64,000 nucleotides of DNA from Burkholderiales bacterium (GTDB taxonomy: Bacteria; Pseudomonadota; Gammaproteobacteria; Burkholderiales; JAHFRG01): assembly GCA_036522275.1 (NCBI GenBank), contig DATDGC010000020.1, positions 17,995 to 81,994 on the forward strand, in the 5' to 3' direction. This document shows positions 1-8,632 of this stretch, in pieces. The notes below the pieces were generated by a model. The model searched no databases. It was not told where the DNA came from and saw nothing but the letters and a program-made list of their open reading frames with translations. The position numbers and the translations under genes are program-made. Position 1 is the stretch's first letter. Each line of letters begins with the position of its first letter.

Positions 1-2
1 TA

Positions 3-116
3 AACGGCCGGCTGCTTTTGCTTGATGCGCTTTCCATGGAATGGCGCTCCATCAAGCTTGTCAAAGACCCGCTATGCTCTGTTTGCGGTAAAAGAGCGCA
101 AGCGGCGAACGCTTAA
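3..116 (+). CDS. C-terminal fragment of a ThiF/MoeB-family adenylyltransferase; the 5' part lies outside the window
   Basis: Frame-3 translation NGRLLLLDALSMEWRSIKLVKDPLCSVCGKRAQAANA* enters from the window edge. The pattern LLL.DAL....R.IKL..DP.C..CG is typical of MoeB/ThiF C-termini. Stop TAA at 114..116. Confidence 0.5.
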   Translation, partial: NGRLLLLDALSMEWRSIKLVKDPLCSVCGKRAQAANA

Positions 117-691
117 CTTTTTATCATCTCCCGCCACTGCTCGGCCCAGTACTCCATTGGTTTGCGCTTGAAGCCGCTTTTTGCATACTGGTGCCAGCGG
201 CCGGTGACATAGCACATCAAGAGATTCGCCTGCGCCGCGGCGTCCATGTCGGTGGGTAACTCATTCTGGCTCGACGCGAAGCGCAGCGCCTGTTTAATCG
301 ACGCTTCCAGCCGGTCATGCAATTGATTGATGCGCGTTTGCAGCCGGTCGTCCTCGTTCACCAGCGCATCGCCAATCAGCACCCGCGTCATACCCGGATT
401 CTTCTCGGCGAAGCCCAGCAGCATGGTGAGCATCGCTTCCAGCTGTTTCACCCCGCTTTTCTCGTCGGTGGTGATTTTGTTGATAAGGCCGAAGATGGAC
501 TCTTCGATGAATTCAATCAGTCCCTCGAACATCTGCGCCTTGCTGGCAAAATGGCGGTACAAAGCGGCTTCGGAAACATCCAGTTTTGCCGCCAGTGCGG
601 CGGTGGTGATTTTTTCCGCACGCGGGTTTTGCAGCATCTGCGCCAGCGTCTGCAGGATCTGTAATTTGCGTTCACCGTGCTTGGCTGGCAT
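113..691 (-). CDS. slmA: TetR-family regulator, nucleoid occlusion factor SlmA-like
   Basis: 192-aa ORF with an N-terminal TetR HTH (ITTAALAAKLDVSEAALYRHFASKAQMFEGLIEFIE). Overall SlmA-like sequence, next to argB. Confidence 0.7.
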   Translation of the reverse strand: MPAKHGERKLQILQTLAQMLQNPRAEKITTAALAAKLDVSEAALYRHFASKAQMFEGLIEFIEESIFGLINKITTDEKSGVKQLEAMLTMLLGFAEKNPGMTRVLIGDALVNEDDRLQTRINQLHDRLEASIKQALRFASSQNELPTDMDAAAQANLLMCYVTGRWHQYAKSGFKRKPMEYWAEQWREMIKS

Positions 692-721
692 GGCTTAACC
701 CTCGCCTCAAATTTATGACAC

Positions 722-1642
<921 letters not shown>

Positions 1643-1670
1643 TCATTTTACACTCTGCAGCCTTAAAACA

Positions 1671-1697
1671 AAAAAGGCGGCACTAGGCCGCCTTTTA
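1671..1697. terminator. bidirectional intrinsic terminator between argB upstream side and hsp20 3' end
   Basis: AAAAAGGCGGC-ACTAG-GCCGCCTTTTAT: a 6-bp GC stem flanked by an A-run and a T-run. Confidence 0.7.
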
Positions 1698-1713
1698 TCA
1701 AAACACTTCCGTG

Positions 1714-2142
1714 TTACTGGATGTAAAGCTTTTTAGCGGAAACTGCGGCTTTCTTCGGCAATATGAGTTCCAGCACGCCATCAGAGTATTTGGCCTGCGC
1801 CGTGCTTTCGTCCACATCCTGAGAAAGCGCGAAGCTGCGCGAGAATTTTCCGTAATAACGCTCGCTGCGGAGCACTCGCTCGCCATCTTTTTCTTCGTGC
1901 TCTTTCTTCACTTCGGCATTAATGGATATTTGACTGCCGTCAATGGACACGTTGATGTCCTCTTTCTTCACGCCGGGAAGCTCAGCCTGCACTTTATAGG
2001 CATTATCATCTTCAGTAACATCTACCTTGACCGGAAATTGTGACGGACCTTCAATACTCACCGGCCGCACGAAGAAACCCTGCAAAAGATCACCGAACAT
2101 CTCGTCAAACGGGTCGTAACGCGTAATATTTGCCATAAACAA
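1714..2142 (-). CDS. Hsp20/alpha-crystallin family small heat-shock protein
   Basis: 142-aa ORF with an alpha-crystallin domain (AELPGVKKEDINVSIDGSQISI...RSERYYGKFSRSFAL...A.Y.DGVLEL.LPK). Confidence 0.85.
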   Translation of the reverse strand: MFMANITRYDPFDEMFGDLLQGFFVRPVSIEGPSQFPVKVDVTEDDNAYKVQAELPGVKKEDINVSIDGSQISINAEVKKEHEEKDGERVLRSERYYGKFSRSFALSQDVDESTAQAKYSDGVLELILPKKAAVSAKKLYIQ

Positions 2143-2198
2143 ACACCTCCAAATTTAAGACATTAATCAATCGGCGCTTACTTGCACCGTTGTTTCTT

Positions 2199-2227
2199 AT
2201 ATGGGTCGCAATTCGCGCTTTTCAAGT
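2199..2227 (-). promoter_or_regulatory. sigma-32 (RpoH)-type heat-shock promoter for hsp20
   Basis: The minus strand reads CTTGAAA-14 nt-CCCATAT, against the consensus CTTGAAA-N13-15-CCCCATNT. It lies 57 nt upstream of the hsp20 ATG. Confidence 0.6.
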
Positions 2228-2305
2228 GCCGTCCTTCCACTTGTGTTTCCATCCGGAAACGTCTAAATTTATTTACCTTTTCAACTTGGCAGCTTTTGGC
2301 CGATC

Positions 2306-2902
2306 GTGAATAACCAGACAAAATCAGGCCATATCTCAGATGGCGCGCTTGAAGAATATCGCCCGTATCTGTTGCGCTATGCACTGCTGCAATTGCGTGA
2401 CAACGCGCTGGCCGAGGATGCGGTGCAGGAAACTCTGCTGGCGGCGCTGGAGAGCCGCTCCAAGTTTTCCGGCAAATCTTCGCCTAAAACCTGGCTGACC
2501 GGCATCCTCAAGCACAAAATCATCGACCTCTTCCGCAAGCAGGCGAAAGAAGCTACGCAATTCAGCCTCGAGGCAGAGCTGGAAAACGGCGTGGGCGATT
2601 TTGACGTGCTTTTCCAGCCGGATGGGCATTGGAACACGTGGCCGCAGGCTTGGGCCGACCCGCTTAAAAACCTGGAGAACAAGAAATTCTGGGAGATATT
2701 TGAAGTTTGCGCCAAACTGATGCCGGCTAACACCGCTCGGGCGTTCATGATGCGCGAGTTCCTGGGGTCAAGCACCGAAGAAATCTGTAAGGACATGCAA
2801 ATTTCAGCGACCAACTGCTGGGTCATGCTGTACCGCGCGCGCATGAGCCTAAGGCTATGCTTGGAGCATAACTGGTTTGGCGGCAGTTTAGGGGGAAAGT
2901 AA
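2306..2902 (+). CDS. ECF-type RNA polymerase sigma factor (sigma-70 regions 2 and 4)
   Basis: 198-aa ORF with a GTG start. Region 2 is AEDAVQETLLAAL...F.G.SS.KTWL.GILKHKIID.FRK. Region 4 is the HTH STEEICKDMQISATNCWVMLYRARMSLR. Confidence 0.8.
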   Translation: MNNQTKSGHISDGALEEYRPYLLRYALLQLRDNALAEDAVQETLLAALESRSKFSGKSSPKTWLTGILKHKIIDLFRKQAKEATQFSLEAELENGVGDFDVLFQPDGHWNTWPQAWADPLKNLENKKFWEIFEVCAKLMPANTARAFMMREFLGSSTEEICKDMQISATNCWVMLYRARMSLRLCLEHNWFGGSLGGK

Positions 2903-3072
2903 TGCTGACCTGCAAGGAAGTTTCAATGCTGGTATCGCACTCCCTGGACCGCCGCTTGAGTCTGGTAGAATGGGTAGGCCTGAGAATACACCTTTTTCTT
3001 TGCGACGGCTGCAGGCACTTCCGCGAGCAGATGGCCTTCATCCGGCGCGCCTGCCAGCGTTATCCGGACTGA
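2902..3072 (+). CDS. small zf-HC2 (ZAS-type) anti-sigma factor, 56 aa; absent from the ORF track
   Basis: The ATG overlaps the sigma stop codon (TAATG). Translation is MLTCKEVSMLVSHSLDRRLSLVEWVGLRIHLFLCDGCRHFREQMAFIRRACQRYPD* and contains the H-x3-C-x2-C motif (HLFLCDGC). Confidence 0.6.
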   Translation: MLTCKEVSMLVSHSLDRRLSLVEWVGLRIHLFLCDGCRHFREQMAFIRRACQRYPD

Positions 3073-3171
3073 ACTCAGGGAAATTTCGGCGGTGAATTCC
3101 TATGGGGGGTTTCGCGCATCCTAACCGGAAAGCTTCGGTAGCAAACGCGTGGAACTCGATCAGAGGTTTCT

Positions 3172-3618
3172 TTAGGGCGCGGTGCTGCGCACTTCGGCCT
3201 GCACTTCCACCACCGTCTTGCTGCGGTCAGCACGCTGCAAAGTGAAGCGCAGCGGTACTTTGTCGCCCCGCTTCAAAGACTTTTTCAAATCCAGCAGCAT
3301 GATGTGTAATCCGCCAGGCTCAAACTTCACCGTTTGCTTCGCGGGCAACTCGAGACTTTCCAGCTGCCGCATAGTCATGATACCGTTCTCCAACCGCATC
3401 GAATGAATTTCTACGCTGCCCGCTACCGGGCTTGAAGCCGCAACCAGCTTGCTTGGCGCAGCACTGCTGATTTCCAGATAAGCGCCCGCCACGCGTTGGC
3501 CGGGAGCCGTGGTCCTCACCCAGGCATGAGCGACCGTTACGGCCTCATCAGCATGAATAGCGGGGCTGCCAAAGCAAAGTACCAGGGTAAGGGTGGCTGA
3601 TTTGAACGTTTTTAACAT
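3172..3618 (-). CDS. periplasmic copper chaperone PCu(A)C (DUF461)
   Basis: Signal peptide MLKTFKSATLTLVLCFGSPAIHA. Also HAWVR...G.R..GAYL.I and the H.M...M.M pattern (VEIHSMRLENGIMTMRQ), plus GGLHIML. Trimmed to the internal ATG because the longer ORF overlaps dacC. Confidence 0.75.
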   Translation of the reverse strand: MLKTFKSATLTLVLCFGSPAIHADEAVTVAHAWVRTTAPGQRVAGAYLEISSAAPSKLVAASSPVAGSVEIHSMRLENGIMTMRQLESLELPAKQTVKFEPGGLHIMLLDLKKSLKRGDKVPLRFTLQRADRSKTVVEVQAEVRSTAP

Positions 3619-3669
3619 GAACTCAGTCTTCACGCAGAACGCAACACATTTGGTATATAATTTTCTTTT

Positions 3670-4803
3670 ATGCAAAAGATGAAACCCTTATTACTATTCC
3701 TGCTGTTCCCGTCACTGCTTTTCGCCCAGCAACTGCCTGTTCCCCAAGCACCCTCGATCGCGGCTAAATCCTATTTGCTCACCGATTTTTACAGCAAGCA
3801 AGTTCTGGTCGGGCAAAATATCAACGAGCGTATCGAGCCTGCGTCGCTAACCAAATTGATGACCGCCTATCTCACTTTCACCGCGCTCAAGCAAAAACAA
3901 ATCACCCTCGAGCAGATGCTTCCGATATCCACCCGCGCCTGGCGTGCCGAAGGCTCGCGCATGTTCATCGAACCCGACAAACCGGTTAAGGTGGACGAAT
4001 TGATACATGGGATGGTAGTGCAATCCGGCAACGACGCCTGCATCGCGCTCGCCGAAGGCATCGCCGGCAGCGAGGAAGTTTTCGCGCAGATGATGAACCG
4101 CGAAGCGCAGCGTCTGGAAATGAAAAACACGCATTTCACGAATTCCACGGGATTGCCTCATCCGCAGCATTACTCTACTGCATATGACCTGTCTTTGCTC
4201 GCAGCAGCAATAATACGCGAATTCCCTGAATACTACCCGCTGTATTCGGTCAAGGAGTACAAGTACAACAACATTTCGCAGACCAACCGCAACCGTCTTC
4301 TGTGGACCGACCCCTATGTGGATGGGATGAAAACCGGTTATACCGAAAATGCGGGTTACTGCCTCATTTCTACCGCGAAAAGAGGCTCGCGGCGACTGCT
4401 TTCAGTAGCCCTGGGCGCTGCGTCGGACAGCGCTCGAGCTATCGAAAGCCAGAAGCTTCTCAATTACGGTTTCCAGTTCTATGACACGCTGCGCCTCTAT
4501 GCAAAAGGTCAGGCGGTGACCAGTTTCGCGGTATGGAAGGGCACCGAAAATTCGGTCAAGGCGGGATTCGCGGAGGATGTTTACTTAAGCATCCCCAAAG
4601 GCCAGTCAGAGCGCCTGAAAGCCACCATGGAAAGCCGGCAACCGCTGATTGCGCCGATCAGCGCCGGGCAAAACGTCGGCATGGTCAAGCTTACCCTGGA
4701 TGGCAAACCGGTAGCAGAATATCCAGTGATTGCACTTGAGAACGTGGAACTCGCCAACATCCTGGGTCGCGAATGGGATAGCCTGCGGCTGCTTTTTAAT
4801 TAA
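3670..4803 (+). CDS. dacC: serine-type D-Ala-D-Ala carboxypeptidase (PBP5/6 class)
   Basis: Signal peptide, followed by SLTK (SxxK), SGND (SxN) and KTGYT (KTG). Confidence 0.9.
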   Translation: MQKMKPLLLFLLFPSLLFAQQLPVPQAPSIAAKSYLLTDFYSKQVLVGQNINERIEPASLTKLMTAYLTFTALKQKQITLEQMLPISTRAWRAEGSRMFIEPDKPVKVDELIHGMVVQSGNDACIALAEGIAGSEEVFAQMMNREAQRLEMKNTHFTNSTGLPHPQHYSTAYDLSLLAAAIIREFPEYYPLYSVKEYKYNNISQTNRNRLLWTDPYVDGMKTGYTENAGYCLISTAKRGSRRLLSVALGAASDSARAIESQKLLNYGFQFYDTLRLYAKGQAVTSFAVWKGTENSVKAGFAEDVYLSIPKGQSERLKATMESRQPLIAPISAGQNVGMVKLTLDGKPVAEYPVIALENVELANILGREWDSLRLLFN

Positions 4804-4816
4804 GGTTGTTTTTCAA

Positions 4817-5686
4817 TTGAGCACGGTTTATTTAAACGGTAGATTCATGCCCCTCGAGGAGGCGCGCGTTCCGGTGCTGGACCGCGGTTTCATTTTTGGC
4901 GACGGGGTGTATGAAGTTATTCCCGCGTACTCGCGAAAGCCATTCCGCCTCAAGGAGCATCTCAAGCGACTGCAGACAAGCCTGGACGGCATTCGCCTCA
5001 ACAACCCGCACAGCGATTCCCAATGGGTCGAGTTGCTTGCGCAACTCGTCACGCAAAACCAAGGCGAGGACCAGTATATTTATTTGCACATCACGCGCGG
5101 AGTGGCGAAGCGCGACCACGCTTTCCCCAAACAGGTCCAGCCCACAGTGTTCATAATGAGCACGCCGCTGCAAACCACACCCCCGGAACTTTTGAAAACC
5201 GGGGTAGCAGCTATTACCGCCCAAGATAACCGCTGGCTGCGTGGCGACATGAAGACGATTTCGTTGTTGCCCAATGTGCTGCTGCGGCAAATGGCGGTGG
5301 ATGGTGACGCAGGTGAGACCGTCCTGGTGCGCGACGGCTTTCTTACCGAAGGCGCAGCAAGCAATATCTTCGTGGTGAAAAACGGTGTGGTGCTCGCGCC
5401 GCCGAAAAATCACCTGATACTCCCCGGCATTACTTATGATGTGGTGCTGGAATTGGCAGCCGCTCATTCCATCCCGCACCAGGTGAGAGCGGTTTCCGAA
5501 GCCGAAGTGCGCACCGCACAGGAACTCTGGATGACTTCTTCCGGCAAAGAAGTATTGGCCATCACTACTCTGGATAACCAACCGGTGGGTGACGGCAAGC
5601 CTGGCAAGCTGTTCTGGCGCATGCATGAGTTGTATCAAAACTATAAAGCGACGGCAATGCGGCGGAGTGAGGCGCAGCACATATAA
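4817..5686 (+). CDS. class IV aminotransferase, D-amino-acid aminotransferase-like
   Basis: YLNGRFMPLEEARVPVLDRGFIFGDGVYEV is a fold-type IV N-terminus. The start is uncertain: TTG at 4817 or ATG at 4847. The ORF-track start at 4730 overlaps dacC. Confidence 0.7.
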   Translation: MSTVYLNGRFMPLEEARVPVLDRGFIFGDGVYEVIPAYSRKPFRLKEHLKRLQTSLDGIRLNNPHSDSQWVELLAQLVTQNQGEDQYIYLHITRGVAKRDHAFPKQVQPTVFIMSTPLQTTPPELLKTGVAAITAQDNRWLRGDMKTISLLPNVLLRQMAVDGDAGETVLVRDGFLTEGAASNIFVVKNGVVLAPPKNHLILPGITYDVVLELAAAHSIPHQVRAVSEAEVRTAQELWMTSSGKEVLAITTLDNQPVGDGKPGKLFWRMHELYQNYKATAMRRSEAQHI

Positions 5687-5701
5687 TATTAGAGCCGGTT
5701 A

Positions 5702-5968
5702 ATGGGCATAGAGCCTTCATTGATTGAATACCCGTGCTCTTTCCCTATCAAGATTATGGGCAAAAGCCAAGCAGGATTTGCACAAGCAATGATGCAAATC
5801 GTGATGCGTCACGCCCCCGACTTTGACCCCGCCAACATGGATATGAAGTCCAGCAAAAAAGGCAAGTACCTGAGCCTCACCTGCATCATTCAGGCCTCAT
5901 CGCGCGCCCAACTGGATGATCTCTATCGCGAGCTATGCGATCACCCGATGGTGGTGATGGTGCTCTAA
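5702..5968 (+). CDS. ybeD: YbeD/DUF493 family protein
   Basis: 88 aa with IEYPCSFPIKIMGK. Conserved position upstream of lipB. Confidence 0.85.
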   Translation: MGIEPSLIEYPCSFPIKIMGKSQAGFAQAMMQIVMRHAPDFDPANMDMKSSKKGKYLSLTCIIQASSRAQLDDLYRELCDHPMVVMVL

Positions 5969-5970
5969 AA

Positions 5971-6060
5971 CGTGAAAGGTGAAAAGTGAAGAGTGAAATG
6001 CCCAACACCAGAGAGACTCTGCTCTCTCCCGTTTCACGTTTCACGTTTCACGCTTCACCC
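5971..6060. repeat. tandem-repeat-armed hairpin H1
   Basis: Left arm (GTGAAAN)x4 at 5971..6000. Right arm (TTTCACG)x3-4 at 6031..6060. A small GAGAG/CTCTC hairpin sits in the centre. Confidence 0.8.
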
Positions 6061-6663
6061 TTAATCAAACGCTTAGGCTTGGTTGAGTACCTGCCTACTT
6101 GGCGCGCGATGCAGGATTTCACTGCGCGGCGCAATGCCGATACCGAAGACGAACTCTGGCTTATCCAGCACCCGCCAGTTTACACCCTGGGCCTGAACGG
6201 AAAACCGGAACATTTGCCTCAAGATACCGCGATTCCCGTTATCAAAACCGACCGCGGCGGCCAGATCACCTACCACGGACCCGGTCAAATCATCGCTTAT
6301 CTGCTACTCGATATGCGGCGCTTAAACATCGGCGCGCGCGGGCTGGTTAAGCGCATGGAACAGTCAGTGATAGACTTGCTTGAAGGTTACGGTATAAGCG
6401 CACAAGCCCGTATTGATGCCCCGGGTGTGTATGTGAACGGCTCAAAAATCGCCGCATTGGGGTTGCGAATTAGACAAGGTTGCTGCTACCACGGCCTTGC
6501 GCTCAACGTGGACATGGATTTGCTGCCGTTTCGAGCGATCAATCCTTGCGGCCATCCGGGCATGCAAGTCACGCAGCTGCGCGATTTGGGCGTTGCTGAT
6601 TCGCTGGCCCGGTTAAGCGAAAAATTATCTGAAAAGCTTACTTATCACCTGCGCAAAAAATGA
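5998..6663 (+). CDS. lipB: octanoyltransferase LipB
   Basis: [25 protein letters not shown] and LNV..DL.PF..INPCG. The only in-frame starts (GTG 5986, ATG 5998) lie inside hairpin H1. Confidence 0.9.
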   Translation: MPNTRETLLSPVSRFTFHASPLIKRLGLVEYLPTWRAMQDFTARRNADTEDELWLIQHPPVYTLGLNGKPEHLPQDTAIPVIKTDRGGQITYHGPGQIIAYLLLDMRRLNIGARGLVKRMEQSVIDLLEGYGISAQARIDAPGVYVNGSKIAALGLRIRQGCCYHGLALNVDMDLLPFRAINPCGHPGMQVTQLRDLGVADSLARLSEKLSEKLTYHLRKK

Positions 6664-7616
6664 ACCCCGCATCCGAAAATCTCAGGCAAAAAGGCGCAGC
6701 CAAGACTGCGCGCATTCCAATCAAGATTGTGCCGCTGCAGAAACTTAAAAAGCCCGATTGGATCCGCGTAAGGTCTGCAAACAGCGCGCGCTTCTACGAT
6801 ATCAAACGCATACTGCGCGAACATAAGCTGCACACAGTCTGCGAAGAAGCCTCATGCCCCAATATCGGCGAATGTTTCGGGAAAGGCACGGCGACGTTCA
6901 TGATTCTGGGAGACCTGTGCACCCGGCGTTGCCCATTCTGCGATGTAGCCCACGGCAAGCCGCTTCCGCCAGATGCTGACGAGCCAGTGAATCTCGCCAA
7001 GACGATAGCCGCGCTGAATCTCCATTACGTGGTGATCACCAGCGTGGACCGTGATGATTTGCGCGACGGCGGCGCCCGGCATTTCGCCGATTGCATCCGT
7101 TGTGTGCACGAATTATCGCCGCAAACCCGCATCGAAACGCTGGTGCCTGATTTTCGCGGGCGGCTGGAGATTGCCCTGGACATTTTAAGCACCTGCCCGC
7201 CGGATGTGATGAACCACAACTTGGAAACCGTGCCGCGGCTATACAAGCAGGCACGTCCGGGCGCTGACTACCGGAATTCACTGAAACTGCTCAAGGACTT
7301 CAAATCACGCTTCCCGAACATTCCGACTAAATCGGGTTTGATGCTGGGTTTGGGTGAAACCGACGAGGAAATCCTGGAAGTCATGCGCGATCTGCGCGAT
7401 CACCATGTGGACATGCTCACACTCGGGCAGTACCTTCAGCCGAGCAGCTATCATCTGCCGGTGCTGCGCTACGCGGAGCCTGCGGTGTTCAAAAGCCTTG
7501 AAGAACAAGCCAGGGAAATGGGTTTCCTGCACGCCGCGTGCGGGCCGCTGGTGCGCTCAAGCTACCACGCCGATGAACAAGCTCATGAGGCAGGACTGGT
7601 CAGCGGCGCAATCTAA
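6660..7616 (+). CDS. lipA: lipoyl synthase LipA
   Basis: [12 protein letters not shown] plus the radical [15 protein letters not shown] overlap with lipB. Confidence 0.95.
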   Translation: MNPASENLRQKGAAKTARIPIKIVPLQKLKKPDWIRVRSANSARFYDIKRILREHKLHTVCEEASCPNIGECFGKGTATFMILGDLCTRRCPFCDVAHGKPLPPDADEPVNLAKTIAALNLHYVVITSVDRDDLRDGGARHFADCIRCVHELSPQTRIETLVPDFRGRLEIALDILSTCPPDVMNHNLETVPRLYKQARPGADYRNSLKLLKDFKSRFPNIPTKSGLMLGLGETDEEILEVMRDLRDHHVDMLTLGQYLQPSSYHLPVLRYAEPAVFKSLEEQAREMGFLHAACGPLVRSSYHADEQAHEAGLVSGAI

Positions 7617-7651
7617 CCGAATAACCTTTCGCTGCTTGAAGGACCCCGCTG

Positions 7652-8176
7652 TCAAGCACCCACAGGCGCGGCGAGCTTCTCTTCTATCAGCCGGTGCAAC
7701 TGGGCGAAATCCGGCTCGCCGAGGATACGCTTGATGATGTTGCCGCGCTTGTCGATGATAAAAGTGGTTGGAGTGAGCTGCACGTCGCCAAAGGCCTGTG
7801 CGAGGCTTCCCCGCACATCCAGCGCCACTTTGAAGGGCAGTGCATTTTTCTCAGTGTAATTCAATACGTAATTGGGGGGATCGTAGCTCATGGCGACGGC
7901 GATGGTCTCGAGACCTTGCGTCTGATATTTACGGTAGGTGTCTATCATCCGCGGCATTTCGTGGATGCAGCCGACGCAACTGGTGGCCCAGAAATTCACA
8001 AGCACCACCTTGCCGCGCAGGCTCCCCATAGAGATTTTCTCGCCTTTCAGCGAAGTAAACGTCACCTGCGGCGCCGGTGACTCCTGCGACACCGCTTGCG
8101 CAAACAGCAGCGCCAGCAGCGCGGCCAGCGCCAGCAAAATCAGAAAGCGTTTGTTTTTAACCATGGGTTCAAGCAA
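7652..8176 (-). CDS. TlpA/ResA-family periplasmic thiol:disulfide oxidoreductase
   Basis: Signal/anchor sequence, then a thioredoxin fold with WATSCVGC (CxxC). Confidence 0.75.
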   Translation of the reverse strand: MLEPMVKNKRFLILLALAALLALLFAQAVSQESPAPQVTFTSLKGEKISMGSLRGKVVLVNFWATSCVGCIHEMPRMIDTYRKYQTQGLETIAVAMSYDPPNYVLNYTEKNALPFKVALDVRGSLAQAFGDVQLTPTTFIIDKRGNIIKRILGEPDFAQLHRLIEEKLAAPVGA

Positions 8177-8235
8177 GCCGCAGAAACGGGAAAATTAGTG
8201 TGTGCTTTTTTGCCGTGTTTGTCATCCTGTTCCTT

Positions 8236-8632
8236 AGAGCCTCTAACATAATGAAACGAATAATGCGACGGCGTCGGTTTCGGAGGCAGGCCGCGAAGCG
8301 AGCCGCGCCGTTGGGTCACTCCCCAATAAGCGGCGAGCGACAAAGGCATGCGCCGAAAGCGCCCCGGACTCGGTCTCGCGCAGCGTGGTGCGGGAAGGGG
8401 CGCAAGCTGCCGCAAACATATCGTTAAACGGGGCGCTCATGCTGCCGCTCCCGCACCCCAAGCTTCGCTTACCGTGTCGCGGCAACCGCCGTCCCCAAGG
8501 GTTGCGGCCAAAAAGCGCGCCTGCTTCGTTGCTCGGCTTACTCGATGTCCCGGCATCGAGTTGCGCCACGCGTCCCGCATTCATCGCTTTTTGGCCAGCT
8601 ACGCAAATCCGTTTCATTATGTTAGAGGCTCT
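8236..8632. repeat. dispersed non-coding element, copy A (full length)
   Basis: 8236..8258 (AGAGCCTCTAACATAATGAAACG) is the exact reverse complement of 8610..8632. The interior is homologous to 48050..48450, and in part to 43766..44034 and 23432..23562. Confidence 0.85.
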
